DNA from: Balanoglossus misakiensis
Lineage: Eukaryota > Animalia > Hemichordata
NCBI GenBank assembly: GCA_040954595.2
Contig: CM082589.2
Span: 6,817,186 to 6,881,185 of the forward strand
DNA: 64,000 nt
Reading direction: 5' to 3'
The notes beneath the pieces were generated by a model. The model was not told the origin of the DNA. It searched no databases and was given only the letters and a program-made list of their open reading frames with translations. Position 1 is the stretch's first letter, and each line of letters starts with the position of its first letter. Shown here piece after piece: positions 14,007 to 26,000 of this stretch. A program made the translations under genes and the position numbers.

Positions 14007-17000
14007 CATGTGATCGTGTGTGTCTACTCTACTCCCAATGACAAATCCCCCAGTACTGCATGTACAAGTGTTACATGAATTATCACTGATGGCATTGGGC
14101 ATTGTCCAGACCCAGGGTTCGAACGCTACTTGGAAATCCTGAAAAGTCCTAGAATTTGAAACCTTTCGGTAAAAGTCTTTGAAATTCCCGGAAAAGTAGA
14201 AATGTACTCAAGGCGAAGTCTTGGAAACTTGAGTCAGCAACTTTCCTCTCCCACATATGAAAACATTGATGATCTGATGAAAAATCTTTGTTCTGTTTCT
14301 CTTTTGAAAGAACACCATTCTTTCATTGTATCATATAATCCAACTGTAAACAAATCACATCGAAAAGAGGTGTCACATTATTTGTTTACGCGTAACCCGC
14401 CAATTTATCTTTGTATGAAATACGCTTTGATTTCTTTGCGGTGGTATATTGTCCGACAAAGTATTGCCACTTGATAGAAACCAGATAGAGACAGAAGACA
14501 GATAGCGAAATAATCATACTGATTGAAAAAATACCTGCAGAATTTATTCACTGGGTAGTTCTACAAAGATGAAGTTTGTTAGAACAAGTGTTAAAGGTAT
14601 ACGGTCACCGCCAATTTACATACACCCATATATGGCTGAAATAGCGTATTTTAGGGTTCTAAAGAAATATGGTGGCGCTCTTTTTTTCGCTCGTGCCACC
14701 CACTGAAAATCCGTGATTGGCCAGATTTCAAGTTACCGTGGTAACTGTAGCTAAATTTCCATAGGTGACCGTATACCTTTAAGCTAGACTCCTAAGTTTG
14801 TCAGTGGTTTGTGTTGTCGACTTCACGTTTGCGTCTTGCATCTGAGAGAAGTGTGTCATGAACCCACCCTACTGTTTACCCCAGTGCATTCTGGGATACC
14901 TCACATAAGGTAACACCTGTTTGAGATCAGTTGAAGCCGGCTGGAAAGTTAACAAAAGTGATAAGTTTGGTTCAAGGGCAAATATCCGGATTGCGGGATA
15001 TTTGTACACTCTGAGTGAATTACGGAAAATACACTCTTAGATGAAATGTGGGATCTTTATTGATGATGATGCTCGCTCTAGGTGAATTAATTAAGGAAAA
15101 GCCAAAGGCTGGGCAAGGTTGAGACATTGCTTTATCATTTGCTGCTGAGACGAGGTATCTGATAGCTACCCGAGTGGTATTTCTTGTCTCCGATTAATCA
15201 CCTTAAAACCAACTCTTGTTGAAATCGTAGGGTCAAGCCAAACACCAGAACAGGACATGAGTTATTCCAGACATCTCAAGTCAGAATATTCAACACAGTA
15301 TTTTCCAAGGTAAGCTTCACACCCGACCATTCACATGTCGGCTCAAGGATCATGTGGTTATCACATGACATTGAGAGCGTCATGCCTCATTTGCATAATA
15401 CTATTCAAGCCAATCGGGCACCACAAGAGGCAATGCATTTGAGATTTTGAGGTGTATTTGGGAGTGTTGTCAAGTGTGTAATGTTGAGATCGGCATGGCG
15501 ACTCTTGGAGTGACCGTGTTGCAAAGGTAAGGCAAAGAATTGAATTTTTAGCGGTGGCGAAATGCGACACTTGAAATTTTGCGTTCAGATTGTCGGGAAG
15601 AGATGAAGATATCTTTGGAACAGCTTTCAACGTTAGCAACATGCTGGAACTGCACTGTTTTAATAGATTGGGCTCACATTACAGTGCGTGTGTCAACAAA
15701 GAATCTACATCTGTACAACTAACACAAGAGCACATCTCCACAACTTTTGTGAACGTTGCCACTGGCATCCGAGAACAAACCAATTTGAGACTCACCAGAT
15801 TCCTCAAACGAATTTGCAGTTTTACTGAAAATGTGAAAACTTTACCATGTTGCGAGTCTAAATTTTAGATGTTTACATTTTTCCCTGAGAGGATTCTGTG
15901 ACTGAACAGAACAGACAACTCAAACTTCATTCCCAGCTGAAAATACAGATGTAGGTCCTCGCTATGTTTTGGTCAAAAATCTGTCGTTGCCAGATGGATT
16001 TTTGTCTGTGAAAATGTGAAATGTTGTACTTGATATTAGAAATTTTTTTTGCCTCAACTGAACCCAGACCATACTTGGTCAAGAATCTGTCTTTGCCAGA
16101 TTGTCAAAAGCACACAGGATCAAAAATTTTGTAGACAAGTCGTTCCTCTTTTTTCAGGGATTCCCTGTTTCAGGTACTTCGACTGAAAACAGGTCGATAG
16201 CAGACTTTGGGTATAAAAGTGAGCTTGCATGCCTGGTATTTTGTGGTCAAGGTTAGACCCTTGGAACCGGAGCAAGCGTGAATTTGTGTTAATCTTTAGG
16301 CCAACAAACCTGGAATTCTAGATCTGCTGTTGTTTATGCACATGTGTTCTCGTGGTGGAGGATGGTTTTATTTAGTGCAGGGCTTCGGGTTTGCAGGACT
16401 GTTTGTGGGGGATTAACATGTGGTTGTGTTCATGTGGCGTAGAGTAAAGTGCTGTAGCTCCTAAGTTGTTCAGATGTTTAGAAAAACATCATGTTCAATG
16501 CCTTTTCCTTTTTAGCAGCTTTGAACCCTTTCACTATCATGGTTTCGTCCAAATCAATTGTATATTCTATGGTAAAGTTGGACCTCTATAGAGAAAAAGG
16601 GGTAGAAAGGTGTTAAAACCAGCAAAAAAAGTAAAACATATGATGATTTCGAGGCCGTTTCTTTTGATCTCATAAAAGACGGCTCTCGCTGTTTTATGAA
16701 CTTGTTTTAGGATGTAGAATGTGGATGGATTTGGACTCAACTATGATGGTAAACTGGTTACCTTTTTTTGGCTGACTGCAGGTTTGCGAGATTGTATACA
16801 AGCAAATGATCACAGACATGCGGATAACCCACCTACATGTACATGGCTTCTAATTAACAATTTTCGTCTCTCTCTCTCTCTCGTCCCCCTCTCCATTGCA
16901 GTCATTCCTATCCACACATCATACCAACAGCACAGGCCAACAACGCACTAGGCAACTATCAGAGCGTAACAGGTCAGAGCCAAGCCACAGCATACATGCA

Positions 17001-20000
17001 GGCCAATGCTACCACCTACCCGTACGGAAATCAGTCTGGGCAGACAGCATATGGTTTAACACAAGTGCCTTACGGAGCGGCCCCAAGTGAGTGGAAAATG
17101 TGATAAACTATAAGTCGGTCGGTCGTCGCGGAAACGAAAGGGTGCATGATAAACCTTGCTTAAAAGTCGGTCGCTCTGTAAATTTGGAATAATCAGGATA
17201 CACTTTGTGAAATGCCAAGTCACTGTGTGATTAAAAAAGTGAAGCTTACCATGAAGAATTTTCACATCTGTGGTTGTGAAAAAGATGTGGAAAACATCAT
17301 TTGTACTCTGTAAATTTGGAATAATCAGGATACACTTTGTGAAATCCCAAGTCACTATGTGATTAAAAAAGTGAAGCTTACCATGAAGAATTTTCACATG
17401 CTGTGTTGTGAAAAAGATGTGGAAAATATCAAATTGTTATACCATAGTGTGTGCATGGTGCGTTTCTGTGCTTTTTGATCACCAGATTTTATGGATTTGT
17501 TTGTTGTTCTGTTGTACATTTTATCACATCCTTTAAACACCCAACCACATTACCTTAATCTTGCATTAACCTTGTCCCCATTTCCTATCTCATTCCCTAT
17601 CGATTTACTTCTGAAAGTTTTCTATTTCAACATGTCGTTATTTATGTTTGCAAGTTTTCCAATACAGCAGAAATATACTAACAACTTGTCAGTTTTGTTA
17701 CCAAGGCAATGTTTCATCCAATATCAAAACAAATTTCAATGCTTTAATGAAGCCCACAACTGAAAAAATAAAGTGATTCTACAAGTGCGGTTAAATTGTA
17801 TTCCCTTAGACACAAAGTGTTGTCTGCATAATATTAAAAAAAAATTCTATTAATTATTGACAGATTTGGAAATTTGGCAGAATGATATATAAATTTGGCT
17901 CAAAATGAATCAGAATTGTTAGGAAATTTTGTCATCCTGAGAATTTTTGTCAGAAATTTTTGGCAGGAAACAAAAAAACTGCATTGTATTCATGTGATTG
18001 ATGTGGTGGAAGTGAAATGTCAAAAGTGATGACTTCATTATCACTGCTTATTCTTCCAGGTGGAGGTAGCTCAGTAAAGAATAACCCAATAACTCCTGCA
18101 GCTCAAAGTAGTTATCTGTCGTCCTACGGACAGACGGGACAAAATACTGTATACCCATCCCAAGGTACACAAGAAATCAATGTCCTCCATCAACTCGAAT
18201 ATTTCTCCTGTCAAATTGCCTTACGCTATCTGTCTCTAATGTCACAATGCCTGGAAATATTTGCCAGTGATAATGAAACGTGAAATTTTGCTCGCATGAT
18301 ACCAAACCTGTCAAAAACACTAAGCGATATATTTTGTGTTTGATACTAACATTCTAACATCTTGATGTCAGGCTTTTTTTGGCAATTTTACAATGTTGTT
18401 GAAATGGACAATGAAATTAAATGAATGGCACATTTTGACTTTTTCTTCCCGTTTGTTTTTTTAGCAGGTGGTAGTTACACAACGAGTGGATATACATACC
18501 CAACAACCAGTAATGCAACGAATACAAGTGCTAATGCACAGGCATACAATACAACCCAACAGGTAACACCTGATTCATAATCGCCTAAAAATTACCTCCA
18601 GTTGTTGTCAAATTTCATAAAAACTCCATCTAGATTTTGGTGTCAACATTGCATTTTGAAGTAAATGACAGTAAAATTGTAGTTATTTTAAGAGTTGCAA
18701 ATGGAAAGTTAACAGTGATAAGTTTGTGGTTAATCTTCAAATGCTACATTTAGGTTATATTTTACCCCCAAAATTGTCACATAAAAATTAGCAGTTTTGC
18801 CAAAAAAAATTGAAAAATGGATATCTTTTGAATCAAACTGGTAGATACACTTGACTGGTATTGTATAAAAACAGCTCAAAATGATTCTAATAACTTGCAC
18901 CGTATTTGACAAGAAAGTAACGGGCAGACGACAAAAAGTGTAGTTCAGAGCTTGTCCACATTTCACCATGATGATACTTGTGTTCTACCCTCAGAGTATT
19001 GACTATGGCACGACCTATCCCGGCTACGGCCAGACAGCAGCGTCATATCAATATTACACTACCCAGGGCTACAGTCCATATATGTCAACGAACAGTACCT
19101 CACTGAACACAACAGGTTCGGCGTTACCCACGACAACAACCACATATCAGCTGGCTGCCTTGCCTAATGAGGGTGTGTAGTCACGTTTTATGATGCACTG
19201 CCATAATGATGACATAAAATCTCTGACTTTTTTGATATTTTGAAATTCATATTCTTTGTTCTGCATGAAGTACAATGAGATAGTTCAACATTAACCTTTG
19301 ACGATCTGTATAATCTGAGATTGATATATGAAAGGCGCCACTTGTTTTGCACTTTTACTCGTCCAGTAGGAATTTACCGCTTTACAACTTTTGAATGTTA
19401 CTTCTGACTGTGTGCGTGCAAAATTTCACCTTGGTAATTATTACATGAAGTGTACTTTTCCGTACCCTTTAGTAGAAAACCAGCTAGCGACCATCCAGAG
19501 CGAATCCGTCATTAAAACGGAAGAAAACGGCAGAGGGAGAAATCGTGGCAACAACAGGAGGACTGCTGGCAGGGGTCGGCGGAATAATCCTTCACCACCT
19601 CCGGAAAACGATTTAGAAGTAAGTGAGACGGGATTGATAGACACTGAAATGCTAAAAAAGTCGAATCGAACAGCTTATTGCCCCAAAAGTGAAGCTTTTT
19701 GCGCTAATGCGCTATAATCTGCTCGGTAATCTGCAAAAGTTGGAAATCTGCAGCAGATTGAAGCGTCACAAGATTATGGGACGTGCATGTGTTTGTTACC
19801 ATGGTGATACAGATATTGTGTCTGTCTCTGCGTGGCGGACAAGCTGTGTGTGACTGATCGACTTGTGATTGAATAATAAGTTATTGTTTTTGTGTATCCA
19901 GCATCTGTCATCAACTTGTTGCAGTCTTCATAGTTTTAAAGCACCGATCATTCTTCTTGTGATACAATTAAACGAGGCTGTCTTTAGTGTCAACACCAAG

Positions 20001-23000
20001 AAAAAATTTTGATGAATGTAAAACTGCTAATAATCTGTACTGGTATTATTATGCCTTATTTACCATGTTGTCCATTTCTGACAAAAAATCCCAGTGTCGC
20101 GAGGCACAGGTGAGTCACTGTGCATTGTAAGATCGCAGAACCTTTGTGAAAACTTTTTTTTTAATTTGTCTATTTCTTACAGAGGGTCTTTGTCTGGGAT
20201 TTAGATGAAACAATTATCATCTTCCATAGCTTGTTAACAGGGTCATATGCAACCAGGTTTGGGAAGGTAAGCATGATTGTTTATACCTCGGTTTGTAGGA
20301 TTTGAAAGTCAATAATAATTAATAACCTTAGCATAAACATTTTACCTTGCGCTGGTGGAGTTAATTTAACATAAATGATAGGCCTGCAGAGTTTCCAAAT
20401 GACCTTATGACCGAAGGTTGATATCTGTGGGTCAATATTCAGAAGGCAGTCACGTAGGTCAATAATAATAATAATAAGATGATAATGACTTGTATTAAAG
20501 TATATATCCCATGAAGACTTTGTGAAGTCATGCAACATTACTTTTTTGTAACTTAAGTACTGGTTTGAGTTGATGTTAGTGTTTAAAAATACAATGTAAT
20601 GGTGGAAATGAGAAATTGTGTAGTAGTGTGTGGACGATTCTACAATTTGCAAGAAGTTATTTTTGACAGTTTTTGAAGGACGACAAAAAAAACGTGACTG
20701 GCCTGGGGATTGAAAAGGAGGAAATGGGAATAAAATGTTCCATGTGGTGTTATTATTATTGCTAATCAATTCGTAATACCAATGACATATCGGAAAGATG
20801 ACTGCGCAATACTGTTTCTTCGGGCGGTCCCGTCATCATCTCACCTATAATTCTGGGTGTCGGTGTAACCATGGAGACGAGTGGGAATGTGGTAATGTGG
20901 TGTGAATCTTTCGGGGTGTATCCTTCAGCAAACTGCAAAGGCTGGCGCTGCTGGATTGAGTGACTGTGAGTTTCACAGGTTTTGGACGGATTACACCCGC
21001 CAATTTCTGTCGAATTGACACAGTTCATGCATAATTGAAAGACGCTGTGCAAACATTAGATCGTACACAGTCTGTTAAAATAAGCTACAAAAAATAAAGT
21101 CTGACTCCAAAGAAGTTTCAGAGTTTCAGGGAAATTTTGAGCGATTTTTTATCCAAGTTAAATTTTTTTTGAATAGTAGTTAACATATACTGCAGTGCAC
21201 CAGTTTTCTTACATAATTAATATATAATCCTGAATTGATTTTTTGATCGTATGAAATTATCGGTATGCATCCCATTTTAATATTGACAGTTCAGATGAGA
21301 GTCTGTTGAAAGTCTTTGAGGTCAGAGGTTAAGAAGAACAGCATTCAGAGGTTATCGAAGGTCAAGTGGTCATTACTTTTAGTGTTTGCTGTCGTGTCAT
21401 TAAAGATGATTTGTACAGTCTGGGAGTTTATGGACCGAGAAAGTGGGTTTTATGGTCCACATGTGTGGAGGCACATACATGGATAATCTCTACAGGATGA
21501 TCTGAGTGTGCGCTGAAAGACGATTAGATTAGAGTGTAGACAGAGATGGTACAAAAATAGAAATCACATACATGAACTGTACACTCTCACACACATACAC
21601 ACACACACACAATGTAGAAAAAGTAGGAGTTTATATAATACGTTTTTTGAGGTTCTGGATAGGTCTTTTAAAAGTGACAGCCGATAGACAAAATGAAGAG
21701 ACTAAGTTGACCAGAATGAATTGTAATGTTAAAGACTGTTAATGATATTGTACATACTATACTGTAAGTACACCCAGACAGACGGACAGACAGACACAGA
21801 CAGACTGGATAGAATCAGGCACAGACAGACAGACACTGAGACAGACAGATATACCTCGAGACCCTGAGACTGAGAATAAAACAGGCATACACATCAAAAA
21901 CATTCACCATGCCCAAGGAAAAGAGGATTTTGATAAATGTGTCGGACATCAGTCAGCGCAGGAAATAACACGTGTGATGTGTTGCTGTGAGATGCTTGAT
22001 TGTATTGTTATTCTTGACAATCTATATCCATTCTGTCCGGTCATGCCACAACTTATGAGACCATCAAACGTTTTACAGGTATAAATTGATAACCAAGTGT
22101 AGGCATTGATACTTCTGTGTCTATGGAGTGTGAGTGTGTCATAGAGAATCAGCACCAAGAACTTTCAGTTGCTCAATCAGCATGGCCATATGGTAAAAGA
22201 GTTAGTGTTAACGGCTGCTGCAGTGCCGTCAGACGTCTCTTCGCTCGCAGTAAATCTTCTTATTTAGACTCTGTTTGATTGCGTTTGATCTGCAGCAAGG
22301 GATGCTCTGACTCACATGGTGCGCGTTTCACTGCATCATTGATAATGTTTGCCGCATAAAAAAATTCTGTTGTATTTGTTCCAGTGTTGAATTGAGAGGT
22401 GTATTGAATTGATAGGGTAAAGGCGGGAATTAATTGTTTTGAACGATTGTGATTGGCTTTTACTACGGTATAACAGGTGCACTTGTGTGTATTTTGATGT
22501 AAGCAAACAAGTTTTTCAAATACTGAAAGTTTTTTAAATAATGGTAAATTCATGTTTTGCAACACACGTGTGTAGACGTGCAAAGACAGGCACACTCAGA
22601 AGGCGATTGAGGCCGTGTTGGACAGACCCCAACTTTGACATAACTAGGAAAGAAAATTCCTAGTGAATTGGTCCAATGGAAATTATCTTGTATGATAACA
22701 ATTAATGATGAAGAAACAGTGGGGTTCTCAACATAGCTGACACTTGCGAGATTCGGAGTTTATTTTTTACCGTTCGCCCCGAGGCTGCCGCATACTTTTC
22801 ATTCTTACGTCCGACCGAAATAGTCCAGTGCCGCTCTTTTAATCAACTATTTTCTCTCGTATTAATTTTAATGATTGCTGATGAGGGGTTCGATTCCCCG
22901 ACGATGTCACCCTAATTCAAATCAATTACTGGGACCGAGTTTTGCGGCGGCGACTGACAGCGACGGCGGGCTGCAGCGTGTGGGCCGGCCAGGATCGGGT

Positions 23001-26000
23001 TGAGGCTGTACATGTGATGAGCGCAGTTAGCCCGGGTTACGTGGCCGCGGGGCAGGCAGCGTGGCTTTAATAGGCGTTTTGAACTCACACTGTGACAAGC
23101 ATGGAAAGCATTCTGACATGTATCGTGTCTGTAGATAGACATGACACCAAAGGCCAGGCACCCCCGAAGTAATCCCCCTTGGTCTCAGCTGTCCAATCCA
23201 AGAACCATGGTGACAGCGACTGCATTTTCTCTCTGCATCGCGCAATCTCTTGTGGTTCCTCCATCATTCACCCAAGTTTTCTTTTTTGAGAGAGAGAAAT
23301 CACTTCAACTTAAATCTGTTCAACCTGATTCCTGGTGGTATTGTCCCCACAGGAATGTTAAAGAAACAGTTAGGGATTGGTATAATGTGAGAATTCAGAG
23401 GCTGTAGGGTTAAGATTACAAGGTAGTTCTATTTCAGATTAAAACTAAACTTTTCAAAAAACACACTCTCAAACTTCTATCCAGTGCCATAAAAAAATAG
23501 TCATTGTCAGGATAGTAGCAATGAACAATATTGGAAGTGTCCTTATTAAATGAGATTGCAATACTTCAATCTCGTGTAAACAATAAAAAATAAACATTTG
23601 TATCACTGCATCAAACTATTATGAAAAAACAGTTTTTGTATTGTGTATGTAAATTTGCATATTAACATCCACACCTGTCAGGAGAACCAATGTTGAACTT
23701 TCCTTTTCCAATAGGTAATATCCTTTTCTTGGTATATATTTTCAGATTTCCCTTCATGTTAAAGATTACTTAATAACCATTATCATTGCTTTCATACAAT
23801 GTTAGATTTTATCTGCTGAACACTAGAAAATAGCTTGATTTTTTGCCCAAGGTTATTCAGCCCCACAGACAGGGTTGTGTGGTTACTGTCAATTTTCAGG
23901 AACACGGCATACATTGTACAGGGCTGATAAAGTCATTATGCAGTGATAATTGGTATTTTGTATTGGCTAATCGGCCGCCATCCTGAGCTAGCATCAGTCA
24001 TTATCGGGGATAAAGCTGTTATTCACTGCGTATCAGTCGGGGGCCAGGATCATCAATCATTATACTGTAGACAATGGAGTTGGTACAGCTGCCTGGGATA
24101 AAAAACCGGAGATTATCCGGCTGAACCCAAATATCAGGAAGATAGGAAAGTTCTACCACGGAGTGTGCGTCAGGCTTTATTGATAGATTGCAAGTCGTGT
24201 AGTGCGGTGTGGTGTTGGATGTTTCCAGTCACTGATGACAGCTGGTTAGTCATTTTGTCAGCAGTGGTCGATTGTGATTGAGTGGCGCAGAACCAGAGGG
24301 ACTGTATGTAGAGAGCCTGCAGTCATTTGTTGAAAAAGTCAGAAACTCAGTGGTTGATTTTAAAAAAAGATTCAGAAAATGATGTGAGGCACGAGAGGAG
24401 AAGAGAAGGGGAAAGAACATTTTGACCCAAAATCACAGACACTGATTGAACTATAAAAGATAACGCAAAACAGACTGATTCAGAAAAAGAGATAAATCGG
24501 AAGGAAGTATCAGGTCGGGATGTCGTACTTTCATGGTATCTCTTTGATGTCATCCCCCCCCCCCATGTCAGAATTGATGGGTCTACCATCCCCTAAACCA
24601 AGCGAGGATGATTCTAAACTTAGTCTGGGAAATAGGGGTCACAGTGGGGTCACTGAGCTTAAATCTTGTTTATAGATGGTCACATCCTGTAGAGTCCGTG
24701 CCCATTTTTTTTCTGACCGATTTCTTTTGTCAACAGGAAAAGAGCAAAGCTTTTTAACAGTATTCTGACCATATCTGTGTGAAAGTCTTTGATATGATAT
24801 CTTCAATTTTTTTTAGTCAAATTCTTTAAATCATCCAGAGCCAGAACAGCCATGTTAAATGTGATAATGGAGAAAAAAATTAGTTTCTAGACTGGGCATC
24901 ACAAGTTCATGGGTAGCCTTTGGAAAATTCTAACCCGAAAACTCGTATGTCTTGACATTAATCTAAGGTTCGACATTTTGGATTTGCCAAAAAATGAATA
25001 ATGATTGATGTGAACTTTTTCTGAGTTGTGACTCATGGTATAATGAGGGAAGGCACACTTTTCACATTGTTTTGAACTTTGTCATAATTTTTTTTTCTGA
25101 TGAAGTTCCATTTTAAAATCAATGTTTAATCGTTTGAATTTTATACAAAGTAGTGAGTCAGTGAATAGTTTTTGAGTGAATTGGCATGAAAACAGCAGTT
25201 GTAGATTTAGTACGAGAACCACATAGCATCAACCAAATGAGTGAGTATAACAACAGCACCCTATGAAGTTCTGTGAATGTGTAACAGTGAGTCATTGTCC
25301 GTCAAAGCGCACGAGGGTTACTTCATTGTTTTATTTTTAGCTTGCGAGAACTTCGCATATACTTAAACAATGCTACGTCACTACAGGACATAGAGCTCTG
25401 CTGCAAAGAGCCCATTACGGCCAGTTACAAAACTACAAGCATCAACTACACACATCATAATCTTTTATCGGGCCGTTTTACGGCCATTGAATCTCTGGTA
25501 CTTGTAGTAAATATGCCGTAACTTGTTTGATGGCGACATAAATTCCCTTTCCCAGAATGGTGCTATAAATTCCAGCGCCGGACATAAAAATGGCATCTGT
25601 GATTAGATGCTTCCATCTTTTAAGAGACAACTCAGGGGCATCATGGGAGATGCCAGATGCATGGTGGGATTAATTAAATCATTGAAATATGTCTGGAATT
25701 GGGCTGTCAAGAGAATACACTATAGCAGAACTGTCTGAATTGAATTAAATCAAAATCTTTTTCTGACAAGATCATACGGTACATACAACATAATAGCTCA
25801 TGCGTAAACTAAGTGTATAGAAGTAATATATATATTTTTAAAAATAATTAAATTAATGAATAGTCAGAATGGCTTAAAAATCAAGAAATTCATAGATTGC
25901 TGAATTCTTCTATCATGATTTTCATGGCATCTGATATCGCTCATTTGAAAGTGAATTTTGTTGATTAAGTTTGTTCTTTTTTTTTTTCATTTTCATCTCG

